Source: Candidatus Latescibacterota bacterium
Lineage (GTDB): Bacteria > Latescibacterota > UBA2968 > GCA-2709665
DNA: 64,000 bases
Reading direction: 5' to 3'
NCBI GenBank assembly: GCA_965248435.1
Contig: OZ252100.1
Coordinates: 1,504,001 to 1,568,000 of the forward strand
The notes beneath the pieces are model-generated. The model was not told the DNA's origin. It saw only the letters and a program-made list of their open reading frames with translations, and did not search any database. This document shows, one piece after another, positions 9,746 through 19,401 of this stretch (its first letter is position 1; each line of letters starts with the position of its first letter). Both the position numbers and the translations under genes were made by a program.

Positions 9746-10642
9746 ATGGCCCCTTATTCCATCCAAAGCCGGGAGAACCGATTCACGCTGCACCAGGGGG
9801 ACTGCCTCTCGGGAATGCGCAGCGAACTTCCCGATGGCTCCGTGGACGTCGTCGTGACCTCGCCCCCCTACAACCTTGGGACGAGTTATGAAGCCTACGA
9901 CGACACCATCCCGCGCGAACAATATCTGAACTGGCTCGATGAGTGGGCCTCCATCGTCAAGGAAGTGCTCGCAGACGAAGGCTCGCTCTTCCTGAACATC
10001 GGCGCCAAACCCTCCGACCCAACCGTCCCCTTCGAAGTCCTGAACATCGCACAGAAACACTTCCGCCTCCAGAACGTGATCCACTGGGTCAAATCGATCG
10101 CGATACAGAAGGAGGATGTCGGCGACTATCCCGGCATTACCGGAAACATCGGCGTGGGCCACTTTAAGCCGATCAACAGCCCGCGCTTTCTGAATGGCTG
10201 TCACGAATACATCTTCCACCTGACGAAACAGGGCGATGTCAAACTGGACCGCCTCGCGGTCGGCGTCGAGTACCAGGACAAGTCGAACGTCGCGCGGTGG
10301 AAGTCCGCCGGGCAGGATCGAAGGTGCCGGGGAAACACGTGGTTTATTCCCTACAAGACGATCAAGAGCCGGGAAAAACAGCGCCCGCATCCCGCCACCT
10401 TCCCCGTCAAGATTCCCAAGATGTGCATTCAGCTCCACGGCCTCGAGAGAGCGCGTCTGGTCCTCGACCCATTCTGCGGAATCGGCATGACGGCCCTGGC
10501 GTGTATGGAGCTCGGCATGGACTTCGTTGGATTCGAAATCGACCCGGCCTACTTCGAGGAGGCCCGAAGGGCGATCGCCTCGTTGGATTCGAACCCTGAA
10601 GATCATCTGATCAGCACATCTTCACAGGAGCCGCTCCGATGA
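9746..10642 (+). CDS. Site-specific DNA methyltransferase, beta class (N4-C/N6-A), apparently orphan
   Basis: Motif IV 'VVTSPPYN' precedes 'HPATFP' and motif I '[14 protein letters not shown]'; stop overlaps next ATG (ATGA). Confidence 0.9.
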   Translation: MAPYSIQSRENRFTLHQGDCLSGMRSELPDGSVDVVVTSPPYNLGTSYEAYDDTIPREQYLNWLDEWASIVKEVLADEGSLFLNIGAKPSDPTVPFEVLNIAQKHFRLQNVIHWVKSIAIQKEDVGDYPGITGNIGVGHFKPINSPRFLNGCHEYIFHLTKQGDVKLDRLAVGVEYQDKSNVARWKSAGQDRRCRGNTWFIPYKTIKSREKQRPHPATFPVKIPKMCIQLHGLERARLVLDPFCGIGMTALACMELGMDFVGFEIDPAYFEEARRAIASLDSNPEDHLISTSSQEPLR

Positions 10643-11409
10643 TCCTGGAAAAATTTTCGCTCAAAGACCAGGTCGGCATCGTGACAGGCGGGGGCCAGGG
10701 CCTGGGTGAGGCGTTCTGCAGCGCCTTCGCGGAAGTCGGCGCGGATATCGTCGTCGCCGAAATCAATCCGGAAACAGGTCCAGCTGCCGTCGCGAAAATC
10801 GAAGCGCTGGGCCGCCGGGCGCTCTTTGTCCGGACCGACGTCAGGGACCGTGAAAACGTCAACGAGATGGTCCAAAAGGTCCTGGAGAAGTTCGGCCGGG
10901 TCGATTTCCTGATGAACAACGCCGGCATCGTCTCCTGGGGAGAGGCCGAAAACGTCTCTCAAGCGGACTGGCTCAACGTCCTCGATGTGAACCTGAACGG
11001 GCTGTTCTATTGCTGTCAGGCCGTCTCGGCGCCCATGATCGAACACAGGAGCGGCCGCATCATCAACATCGCGTCCATGTCCGGGGCCATCGTGAACGTT
11101 CCTCAACCTCAGGCCTCCTACAACGCTTCGAAAGCGGCCGTCGTCCACCTCACCCGGTCCCTCGCGTCCGAGTGGGCCCCTCACAACATCAGGGTGAACG
11201 CCATCGCGCCCGGCTACATGAAAACCGCGATTACCCAGCCCTACATCGATAACCCCGAATACGGTGGGACGTGGATCGAGGCCACCCCCATGAAGCGTGC
11301 GGGACTCCCCGAGGAGCTCGCCCCTGCGGCCGTCTTCCTGGCCTCCGATGCCTCCAGCTTCGTCACCGGCACAACGATCACGATAGACGGCGGATTTACG
11401 CTCCGGTGA
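10639..11409 (+). CDS. Short-chain dehydrogenase/reductase (sugar/polyol dehydrogenase-like)
   Basis: 'TGGGQGLG', 'NNAG', 'YNASK', 'IRVNAIAPG'. Confidence 0.9.
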   Translation: MILEKFSLKDQVGIVTGGGQGLGEAFCSAFAEVGADIVVAEINPETGPAAVAKIEALGRRALFVRTDVRDRENVNEMVQKVLEKFGRVDFLMNNAGIVSWGEAENVSQADWLNVLDVNLNGLFYCCQAVSAPMIEHRSGRIINIASMSGAIVNVPQPQASYNASKAAVVHLTRSLASEWAPHNIRVNAIAPGYMKTAITQPYIDNPEYGGTWIEATPMKRAGLPEELAPAAVFLASDASSFVTGTTITIDGGFTLR

Positions 11410-11456
11410 TTTGCGTACGACTCTCGACGCTTCAATGCTTTCCGACTTCGCTATTC

Positions 11457-11541
11457 TGGAGTATTGCAGTACTGGAGGGGTACTGGAAAGCCTCCAAATA
11501 AGCCCTGTCACCCCAATACTCCATTGCTCCATTACTCCATT
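11457..11541. repeat. Short TGGAGTA(T/C) / (A/T)ACTCCA octamer-like repeats in inverted arrangement
   Basis: tggagtattg...ccaatactccattgctccattactcca; same family at 19291-19370. Confidence 0.6.
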
Positions 11542-11579
11542 TCCCCAAAACTAGCCCTTTTATTTGGAGATGCTTAGCC

Positions 11580-12431
11580 GTGAAAAAGACCTGGACCTGG
11601 TCCGTTACGAGCGGCCCCCTGCTCGGAAGATCCCACACCGAGATACAGGACATATGCAAACAGGCCGGCTCTGGCATCGAAGCGGGCATGAAACTGTTCG
11701 GCCTGATCCCGGAGGCGGAACTCGAAACCCTCGGCGAAGACTACCGGAGCGCAGGCGTCAGGATCGAAACCTTCCACCTCCCCTTTACGCCCCAGGACGA
11801 CCTCGCCTCCTTCTACGAGACGGTGAGGCAGAGAGCGGTTGAAACGGCCGTGCGCGGGATAGAGCGTGGAGCGGCGCTCGGGGCATCGGTCGGCATCCAG
11901 CATCCTTCGATGAGTACCTTCAGCGTAGATAACGAGGGCCTGGATCCGTTCATGAGGCAGCTCGGAAAGAGCCTGAAGACACTCCTCGATGTCGCCGAGA
12001 AGAACCGATTTACGATCGCGATCGAGAATATGGGCGCGAAAGGAAGACTGGGGGGTCGACCCGAACATTTCGAGCGCCTCAAGCAGGAATTCGACCATCC
12101 CAATCTCGGTTTTTGCCTGGACTCTGGACACGCCCTGATGGCCCTGGGTCCGGAACGCGCTGGCGAATTCTTCGACGTCATGGCCCCAAAGATCGTCGCT
12201 TTCCACCTGGCCGACAACGCGGGAGACCGCGACTCTCACCTGGCGCCCGGGCACGGTCTCGTCGACTGGACCGGATTCTTTCGGCGCGTCTCTGAGATCC
12301 AGTTTTCGCGTGCGATGTGCATCGAAACGCCGCCGTTCGCTCCCGGCCCGGACTACCGTCCGGAGGCGTGGAAAGAGATGGTCGCCGACGTGGACGCCCT
12401 CGCTCGGGCCGCACTGAGTGAACCGTCATGA
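11580..12431 (+). CDS. Sugar phosphate isomerase/epimerase (AP endonuclease 2 TIM barrel)
   Basis: 'IAIEN', 'FCLDSGH', 'FHLADN..DSHLAPGHG.VDW', 'CIE'. Confidence 0.85.
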   Translation: MKKTWTWSVTSGPLLGRSHTEIQDICKQAGSGIEAGMKLFGLIPEAELETLGEDYRSAGVRIETFHLPFTPQDDLASFYETVRQRAVETAVRGIERGAALGASVGIQHPSMSTFSVDNEGLDPFMRQLGKSLKTLLDVAEKNRFTIAIENMGAKGRLGGRPEHFERLKQEFDHPNLGFCLDSGHALMALGPERAGEFFDVMAPKIVAFHLADNAGDRDSHLAPGHGLVDWTGFFRRVSEIQFSRAMCIETPPFAPGPDYRPEAWKEMVADVDALARAALSEPS

Positions 12432-13219
12432 AATGGGATGCCCGATACGGGCCCTGGGCGCTGGTCACAGGGGCATCGTCCGGACTGGGCGCGGAATTCG
12501 TCCGGCAGATCGCGGCAAGAGGGCTGAACGTCGTCCTGGTCGCCAGGCGCCGGGAGAAAATGCAGGCGCTTGCGGACGAAGTCGAGCGCGCGAGCGCCGT
12601 CCAGACCCGGGTCATACCCGCAGATCTCACCGAAGCGGGCGCCTGCACGGGCGTCGCTCAGGAAACGAGGGACCTGGAGATCGGCCTGCTGGTCAACAAC
12701 GCCGGTTTCGGTCTGTCCGGCGACTATCCATCCTGCGACCCGGATCGCCAGGTCAACATGACGGTCCTGAACTGTGTCGTACCGGTGCTCCTCACCAACC
12801 ACTTTCTCCCCCTGATGCTCGAGCGAGAGCGGGGCGGCATCATCTTCCTGGCCTCGACCGCCGCCTATCAGGCGACCCCCTACCTGGGAACCTACGGCGC
12901 CACCAAGGCCTTCAACCTCATGCTGGGGGAGTCCCTCTGGCGGGAGGTCCATCACCTGGGTGTCGACAGCCTCGCCCTTTCCCCCGGATTCACTAAGACG
13001 GAATTTCAGGCCGTCGCCAACATCGAGGATGCAGGCCCCTTCCGAGAGGCGACACCCGATGCCGTCGTCGCTAAGGGCCTGAAAAGTTTGGGGAAGCGGC
13101 CCTCCGTCGTTCACGGTGCCCTGAACAACCTGCTCACGTTTTCCACCCGAATCCTTCCCAGAAGGGCCGTCACCGCGATTACGGGGACCGCACTGAAGGG
13201 AAGGGCCACCTCCTCTTGA
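12428..13219 (+). CDS. SDR family oxidoreductase
   Basis: 'ALVTGASSGLG', 'LVNNAG', 'YGATK'; ATGA coupling to previous gene. Confidence 0.9.
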   Translation: MKWDARYGPWALVTGASSGLGAEFVRQIAARGLNVVLVARRREKMQALADEVERASAVQTRVIPADLTEAGACTGVAQETRDLEIGLLVNNAGFGLSGDYPSCDPDRQVNMTVLNCVVPVLLTNHFLPLMLERERGGIIFLASTAAYQATPYLGTYGATKAFNLMLGESLWREVHHLGVDSLALSPGFTKTEFQAVANIEDAGPFREATPDAVVAKGLKSLGKRPSVVHGALNNLLTFSTRILPRRAVTAITGTALKGRATSS

Positions 13220-14325
13220 AACAGCTCACCTGCCAGGCTTGTAGCACGGTCTACCCCTTTGAAGACCCCAGGTGGAAGTGCGACTGCGGCCAACCTCTCG
13301 ATCTTCAATTTGATTCGCGCTTCAGCCCAGACCAGGTAAAAACCGGAAAGCCAACCATGTGGCGATACCGGGAGGCCCTGCCGATCCAGAATGACGGCCA
13401 CATCGTCTCCTTCGACGAAGGTTTCACGCCCCTTCTGGAGACGCGAATCGGCGGAAACAGAATCTGGATCAAACAGGAACAGCTCTTCCCCACCGGCTCA
13501 TACAAGGACCGGGGCGCGTCGGTCCTCATCAGCAGGGCCGTGGAGCTCGGCATTCGGAAGGTCGTGGAGGACTCATCAGGGAATGCAGGCGCAGCAATCG
13601 CCGCCTACGCCGCGCTTGCCGGAATCGAATGTGAGATCTTCGTACCCGAGGCGACCGCACCGGCGAAACTCGCACAGATCGGGCTCTACGGTGCGGCGCT
13701 CCACAAGGTACCTGGCTCGCGCGAAGATACGGCGCGCGCCGTCCTCGTGGCCGCGGAGACCGAATTCTACGCAAGCCATTCCTGGTCCCCCTTCTTTCTT
13801 CACGGCACCAAGACCTACGCCTACGAAATCTGGGAACAGCTCGGGTTCAGTGCGCCGGACGTATTGATTATCCCGACGGGCAACGGGACCCTTCTGATCG
13901 GCGCCTACCTCGGATTTCAAGACCTCCTGTCCCAAAACCTCATCTCCGCGCTTCCCAGAATCATCGCGGTTCAGTCGGAAAACTGTGCGCCTCTACACAA
14001 GATGTGGGCGGATCGGCTGGAGCAGCTTCCCCCCATGCAGCCGGAGAAAACCATCGCAGAGGGCATCGCCATCGCAGAACCCATCAGAGGCCGACAGACC
14101 GTCGACGCGGTCCGCAAGACCGAGGGGGCGTTCGTCACCGTATCGGAACGCGAGATTTTGACCGCGCTCGTGGAAATGGGCAGGAACGGTTGGTTTATGG
14201 AGCCAACGTCTGCCGCGGCTTTTGCAGGGCTCGAGAAATGCAGCATCGATGAACGGGAGACCGTCGTCGTACCGATCACGGGGCACGGCCTAAAATCGAC
14301 CGACAAACTGCTCAGCCTCCTGTAG
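13216..14325 (+). CDS. thrC: Threonine synthase (PLP-dependent, N-terminal Zn-ribbon)
   Basis: 'PTGSYKDRG' PLP lysine, 'DSSGNAG', 'PTGNG', 'EPTSA', 'TGHGLK'. Confidence 0.8.
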   Translation: MKQLTCQACSTVYPFEDPRWKCDCGQPLDLQFDSRFSPDQVKTGKPTMWRYREALPIQNDGHIVSFDEGFTPLLETRIGGNRIWIKQEQLFPTGSYKDRGASVLISRAVELGIRKVVEDSSGNAGAAIAAYAALAGIECEIFVPEATAPAKLAQIGLYGAALHKVPGSREDTARAVLVAAETEFYASHSWSPFFLHGTKTYAYEIWEQLGFSAPDVLIIPTGNGTLLIGAYLGFQDLLSQNLISALPRIIAVQSENCAPLHKMWADRLEQLPPMQPEKTIAEGIAIAEPIRGRQTVDAVRKTEGAFVTVSEREILTALVEMGRNGWFMEPTSAAAFAGLEKCSIDERETVVVPITGHGLKSTDKLLSLL

Positions 14326-14376
14326 ATATTGCCGTTACCCTAAGCCTTACAGCTCGCGAAACATATGGATCAAAGA

Positions 14377-14603
14377 CATCAGGGCCGCGGTGTGCGACTT
14401 ACCTTGCAACGAAGGGATTTCACCTCCAAGCGGATTGGACCCTCAGTGATCGTGAGCGCGTGGTGAGGATTTGGCCATCCTGCCGTGATCGTTTTTTCCA
14501 CTGAGGGTAAGGTGCCGCGGCCAAAGCCGCCGCGGCGACTGAGCGGCGCCCTTCTTTTGTCCAACTTTTCTTGGGCGAGCAAGAAAAGTTGGCCGCCGGA
14601 GGC
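14377..14603 (+). repeat. 227-bp structured interspersed element, copy 3 (diverged)
   Basis: Same length and ends as copies 1 and 2; stem-preserving substitutions. Confidence 0.9.
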
Positions 14604-14675
14604 ACGGTGTGTTGGGGTGGGGCGAATACAATTGAGATTTCGGTCCACGAGTAACGAACGACATAAAGAGAAAGA

Positions 14676-15227
14676 ATGAAACACGAGCGAATATCGGTTT
14701 TCTGTGGATCGAGCGACAACTCGGGCCGTGCCTATCACGAGGCCGCCGACCGTCTCGGGAGGATCCTGGCCAGAAGCGGGATCACGATCGTTTACGGCGG
14801 GGGGTCTACAGGACTCATGGGAAGGCTCGCGGATGCGGCGCTGGAGGAAGGCGGGAAGGTGGTTGGCGTCCTGCCCGGCTTTATGGACCAGAAAGAGTGG
14901 GGACACAGGGGCCTGACGGAGCTCCGGATGGTGGACGACATGCACCAGAGGAAGCGGGCGATGCTGGACGCCTCCGACGCCTGTGTCGCGCTGCCGGGAG
15001 GGTGTGGGACATTCGAGGAACTCTTCGAGGTCATCGCCTGGAAAAGCCTCGACCTGCACGGAAAGCCGATCGTAATCGTGAACGTGGAAGGGTTTTACGA
15101 CCCCTGCATGGAACTCCTGGAGCGAAGTATTTCCGAGGGGTTCATGACCCCGACTCACAGAGCAATCTGGACGCTCGTTCGTTCGCCCGATGAGGTCCTT
15201 CAAGCCCTGCAGTCCCCCCCGAGCTGA
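14676..15227 (+). CDS. LOG family protein (TIGR00730-like phosphoribohydrolase)
   Basis: 'VFCGSS', 'VYGGG..GLMG', 'MHQRK', 'PGGCGTFEE'. Confidence 0.9.
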   Translation: MKHERISVFCGSSDNSGRAYHEAADRLGRILARSGITIVYGGGSTGLMGRLADAALEEGGKVVGVLPGFMDQKEWGHRGLTELRMVDDMHQRKRAMLDASDACVALPGGCGTFEELFEVIAWKSLDLHGKPIVIVNVEGFYDPCMELLERSISEGFMTPTHRAIWTLVRSPDEVLQALQSPPS

Positions 15228-15278
15228 GAGAGAAACCTTCCCGCTCACCCTGCCTGCGCCAGACGACCGCTCGGAAGC

Positions 15279-15307
15279 TTGACATTTTCGCCCCGACGTC
15301 ATATACT
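15279..15307 (+). promoter_or_regulatory. sigma-70 promoter of the MBL hydrolase gene
   Basis: TTGACA-N17-TATACT. Confidence 0.75.
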
Positions 15308-15404
15308 ATTCCCACAAATGTGGCATATCCTACTAGTAAATCATTTACTTATCTCGCTCAACTCGATTCCCGCACCGCCACGAGCCGCGGGGAAAACCTA
15401 ACCG

Positions 15405-16355
15405 ATGTGGATCAAATTCTGGGGCGTTCGAGGGTCAGTCGCCTCCCCCATCTCGACTGAGGCACTCGAAGGCAAGCTGGTCGACCTCCTGCTCGCCTCC
15501 AATGGCCTCCAATTCTCGGGTCCGGACGAGGCCAGAGAATACCTCCACACCCATCCGATCTTCAAACGGGGCACCGTAGGCGGCAACACCTCCTGCGTGG
15601 AGATTCAGGCAGAGGGAAGCCGCCTCATCATCGACTCTGGGACGGGCATTTCGGGACTCGGCCGAGCCCTGATGCAGGAGGAATTTGGAAAGGGAAAGGG
15701 TCGGGCCGACATCCTGATGAGCCACACCCACTGGGATCACATCAGTGGGTTTCCGTTTTTCCCACCTATTTTCGTCCCCGGGAACCAGATTACGCTCTAC
15801 GGCTGCCATACTCACCTCAAGGATCGCTTTCTGAATCAGCACCACGAATACAATTTTCCCGTGCCATTCGAAGCGCTGCCGGCGGGCGTGAAATTTCGCA
15901 AATTATCCGCAGGCAAAGAAAAGAAGCTGGGCCCGTTTTCAGTAACTCCCGTCAAGCTCGTTCACCCCGGAGATTCCTACGCCTACAGGATCGAGCAAAA
16001 CAAACGCGCGTTCGTTTACGCAAGCGATGCCTCTTATGCCAATCTTCCTGCCAAGCTTATGGAGAAGTATATTGAGTTTTTCAAGAATGCCGACGCGCTC
16101 GTATTCGATGCACACTTTGCCTTGCTCGATTCGTTCGAAAAGAGCGACTGGGGTCACAGCTCGTCATTCATCGGGGTGGACATCGCCCTCAAAGCGAATG
16201 CCAAACACCTGATTCTCTACCACCACGATCCCTACAGCGACGACACTCAGCTGCAAAACCTGGTTCGGAGTACGCAGGAATACCTCGATCACGTTTCGCC
16301 GGACGGGAACTGCCGGGTCCTGATCGCCTACGAGGGATTGGAGATAGATCTCTAG
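15405..16355 (+). CDS. MBL-fold metallo-hydrolase (phosphodiesterase/RNase Z-like)
   Basis: 'FWGVRGS', 'GGNTSC', 'SHTHWDH', 'WGHS', 'YHHDP'. Confidence 0.9.
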   Translation: MWIKFWGVRGSVASPISTEALEGKLVDLLLASNGLQFSGPDEAREYLHTHPIFKRGTVGGNTSCVEIQAEGSRLIIDSGTGISGLGRALMQEEFGKGKGRADILMSHTHWDHISGFPFFPPIFVPGNQITLYGCHTHLKDRFLNQHHEYNFPVPFEALPAGVKFRKLSAGKEKKLGPFSVTPVKLVHPGDSYAYRIEQNKRAFVYASDASYANLPAKLMEKYIEFFKNADALVFDAHFALLDSFEKSDWGHSSSFIGVDIALKANAKHLILYHHDPYSDDTQLQNLVRSTQEYLDHVSPDGNCRVLIAYEGLEIDL

Positions 16356-16471
16356 AAGCTGACCGCAGACCACGGACCACAGACGGCTGAAAGACACGTA
16401 TGATCACGCTGCTCATTCTTGGTGTCTGCCGTCCACATGAAAAAAGGAGACCGAAGTCTCCTTGTGAACTT

Positions 16472-16498
16472 GGAGACGCCCCACCGGGGCGTCTCTAC
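16472..16498. repeat. GTAGAGACG-type REP-like palindrome
   Basis: ggagacgccccaccggggcgtctctac; family copies at 31277, 44827, 53601. Confidence 0.75.
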
Positions 16499-16562
16499 GG
16501 CCACGGCCTCTTTGGCGTGAATTGCCTTTCGAACAACGAACGACGATCAACGAACGACGGCT

Positions 16563-17963
16563 TTACGATTCACGAATCTTTGCCGCTTTTCCCTTCTGCT
16601 TCCCTTCCTTCTGACCGTCCTGGAAGTTCATAACGATCAGCTTCTTCAGCGCGTCGATCTCCTCGTCCAGCGCGTCGATCTTTTCGTTCTGCAACAGGAC
16701 AAGATCCGCATAGATCTGCGCCCGCTCCTCCTGGCTCAAGATCGTCTGTCTGAGGTCCTCCACCCGCTTGATCAAGGCATCCGTGGATTCCACGTTGGGC
16801 AGCTTCGGCCCTCCTTTGCCCATGGTGTCGAAGCGCTGACGGAGCGCTTCATCCATTTCCGCCTGTTTGCGCTCAGCCTCCTCGATCGCGCGAAGCAGCG
16901 GTCGCTTCTCCACCGCGTACTTCAACACCGAATCAAAGCCCCCATCCGGCTTCCGGCGTCTGTAGACCGGACTCGCGAGGCGGGCCGCACGCCGCTTCCT
17001 GTAAAAAAGACCCAGCGCAACCAGAAACACCAGGGACCCGATCGCCAACGCGGGCAGCAGATAGATCGCGCCCTCCTCCAACCTGTCAGTCCACGGTCCC
17101 TCTGGGTCCCCGGCCATCTCAGGATCAACGTCCTCCCCGGTTTCCACCTCGGGCTTCAACATCGCCTCGAGATGGAACCTTGCCTCCGGCCGGGGGCGGT
17201 CTCCCTCCAAAGCTGCCTTGAAATGGTTCAGCGCCTCCTCACGTTCCCCTTTTACCCTCAGGAGTTTCGCGAGCTCGAAATGGATCGCGCCGTCGTTCGG
17301 ATGGACCTTTAGCGCCTCCCGAAATGCATCGATAGCCTGATCCTGGTGTCCTTCAGTCACGTGATCGAGGCCCAACTGATAGTGATCTACCACCGGCGGC
17401 GGCTCCGGCTCAGGGGACCGGGGCGCTGCTTCTTCCGGGGGGGGTGACTCTGCGGAGGGGTCCACCGGCCGCCTCACGACCATGTCCTGGCGAACCCACC
17501 CCCGCAGGCTCCCGTCGGGCAGCGTGGCCAGGAACCAATCACCCCGAGCCCTCTCCAGGCGCAGCATGTCACCTTTTTTGACCCTCGCGATCACTCGTGA
17601 TGCGCTTTCGGCCGCCGGCTTCTGGCGAACTCTCGCCTGGGCGACCGTGACCTCCAGCAGGTCCCTCGCGATGCCCTCTTCCGTATACCGGCTGTGGACC
17701 CAGGCGGTTCGCCCGTCCGGCAGGATCACCTGATACCAGGCGCCCCGTTTCCCGATCCACTTCATCTGCGTCCCGCGGGGAATCCGCCCCATCAGATTCT
17801 TGAAGCTGTTGTCCCGAAGAATCTCGGGAGAGGAGCGGACATTCACGGCGGCAGTTTTCACAACCGTTACGATCTGATCTCCGTGCTTCAGCTGACCCCA
17901 GGAGGCGCTCGACAGGAAGAGCAGCGCAAAGAGCCCTGTGACAAACGAATGATGTCTTGACAT
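16563..17963 (-). CDS. Bitopic membrane protein: signal peptide, two bacterial SH3 domains, TPRs, TM helix, cytoplasmic coiled coil
   Basis: 'VNVRSSP..WYQV.LPDG..AWV' and 'ARVRQKP..WFLATLPDG..GWV'; TPR 'AIDAFREAL..HP'; TM 'YLLPALAIGSLVFLVALGLFY'. Confidence 0.75.
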   Translation of the reverse strand: MSRHHSFVTGLFALLFLSSASWGQLKHGDQIVTVVKTAAVNVRSSPEILRDNSFKNLMGRIPRGTQMKWIGKRGAWYQVILPDGRTAWVHSRYTEEGIARDLLEVTVAQARVRQKPAAESASRVIARVKKGDMLRLERARGDWFLATLPDGSLRGWVRQDMVVRRPVDPSAESPPPEEAAPRSPEPEPPPVVDHYQLGLDHVTEGHQDQAIDAFREALKVHPNDGAIHFELAKLLRVKGEREEALNHFKAALEGDRPRPEARFHLEAMLKPEVETGEDVDPEMAGDPEGPWTDRLEEGAIYLLPALAIGSLVFLVALGLFYRKRRAARLASPVYRRRKPDGGFDSVLKYAVEKRPLLRAIEEAERKQAEMDEALRQRFDTMGKGGPKLPNVESTDALIKRVEDLRQTILSQEERAQIYADLVLLQNEKIDALDEEIDALKKLIVMNFQDGQKEGKQKGKAAKIRES

Positions 17964-17980
17964 GATTAGCCTCGGAAGAT

Positions 17981-18862
17981 TCACTCGGCCGAACTTCTGG
18001 CCGCAATCACGCATATCCAGTCCCCCTCGCGCCGCACCTCATCAACAAACAGGCCGATCTGTTCGATCGACTCTCGAAACGCTGCCTCCTCCTGGATCAG
18101 AATGCCACCCAGAATCAGCTTTCCCGTGAGCGAAGTATGGGCCTTAAGCTCGCGAAGCATCGAAACGAGTGGCTCGAACGAGATGTTCGAAACCACCAGG
18201 TCGAAGCGACCCGAAACCTCGGAAATGGAACCAAGCTTGAGGTCGATCCGGTCCGCGACCTCGTTCAGCTCAAAGTTTTCGCGCGCATTCTCTACGGCAA
18301 TGGGATCGACATCAACGGCACAGACCTTCGCGGCCCCCAGTTTGGCCGACGCGATACTCAGGATCCCCGAACCGGTTCCGACATCCAGAAGTCGATCCCC
18401 GGTTTGAATCCTCTGCTCGATGACCTGGATGACACCGCGGGTCGTCTCGTGACGGCCCGTCCCAAACGCGGCCTGGGGTTCGATCGTGATCGTAAACCCC
18501 CCATGGGGATCAGGCAAAAGATCCCACGGGGGGCAGATGGCAATCCTGGGTGTGGGAAAAATCGGTTGGAAAAAGTCGCGCCACGAGGTCGACCAGTCTT
18601 CCTGGGGAACGGCCTCCACGCGAAGATGAGCCGTCGACAGCAACCCGGGCCTGCCTGGGAGACCTTGAAGGCAACTTTTCAGTTCGCTGGCAAGTTGCAC
18701 CGGGTCGCGGTGAGGCTGGAAATAGGCAGACAGAAGGGTCCATCCGGCCGTATGCCCATCTTCCACCTGCAGCCCGGCGGTATTCAGGTCAAACAGCAGT
18801 CCGGATGCCAGGTCCGAAAGATCAGAAGGCACCTCCAGAGAAAGCTTGAACCAGGATTCCAC
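17981..18862 (-). CDS. prmA: 50S ribosomal protein L11 methyltransferase
   Basis: 'EDW...W', 'IEPQAAFGTGRHETT', 'LDVGTGSGILSI', 'VDVDP.AV'. Confidence 0.92.
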   Translation of the reverse strand: MESWFKLSLEVPSDLSDLASGLLFDLNTAGLQVEDGHTAGWTLLSAYFQPHRDPVQLASELKSCLQGLPGRPGLLSTAHLRVEAVPQEDWSTSWRDFFQPIFPTPRIAICPPWDLLPDPHGGFTITIEPQAAFGTGRHETTRGVIQVIEQRIQTGDRLLDVGTGSGILSIASAKLGAAKVCAVDVDPIAVENARENFELNEVADRIDLKLGSISEVSGRFDLVVSNISFEPLVSMLRELKAHTSLTGKLILGGILIQEEAAFRESIEQIGLFVDEVRREGDWICVIAARSSAE

Positions 18863-18899
18863 TCGGGCACCTCAAGCTGCCAGAAATGCAAGTTTTTTG

Positions 18900-18929
18900 A
18901 ATATAAGCCCACCTGCACGCCTTTGTCAA
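18900..18929 (-). promoter_or_regulatory. sigma-70 promoter of prmA
   Basis: Minus strand TTGACA-N18-TATATT. Confidence 0.55.
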
Positions 18930-19290
18930 TCCTAGGCATACAAAATGGGGCAGTCCGCCTCCTCTCGGAAACGGACTGCCCTTGGCCGGCATCCCTGCTT
19001 ATGTACTCCACGTCCTGTGTGGTAACCGGTGATAAACGGGCCCCCTTCAGAGATCCCAATGGATCACCGAATACTAATAAGTTTATCGTCATAAAACATA
19101 TAACCATTAAGGCTTTTTTCATACTATTTTAGCCCAGAACAGCCGAGAAAAAGGCCAGCCGCAATGCCTGCAGCTGGCTGGTTACAGTCCCGCCATTCTG
19201 AAACTCTAAAGGTGGAGTATCGGAAAATCTTGCCCTTTCCATTACTTCGCTAATCGATTTGCGCTACTTCACCCGTTCAACCCCCGATTC

Positions 19291-19370
19291 TGGAGCGTTG
19301 CAGTACTGGAGTGCTGGAGTATTGAAAAACCAGAATTCCAGCCCCGTTCCCCAATACTCCATTACTCCAT
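19291..19370. repeat. Short TGGAGTA / TACTCCA repeats in inverted arrangement
   Basis: tggagcgttgcagtactggagtgctggagtattg...ccaatactccattactcca; related to 11457-11541. Confidence 0.6.
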
Positions 19371-19401
19371 CCGCCCATCGTTCGCATTTCTATTGCTCAT
19401 C

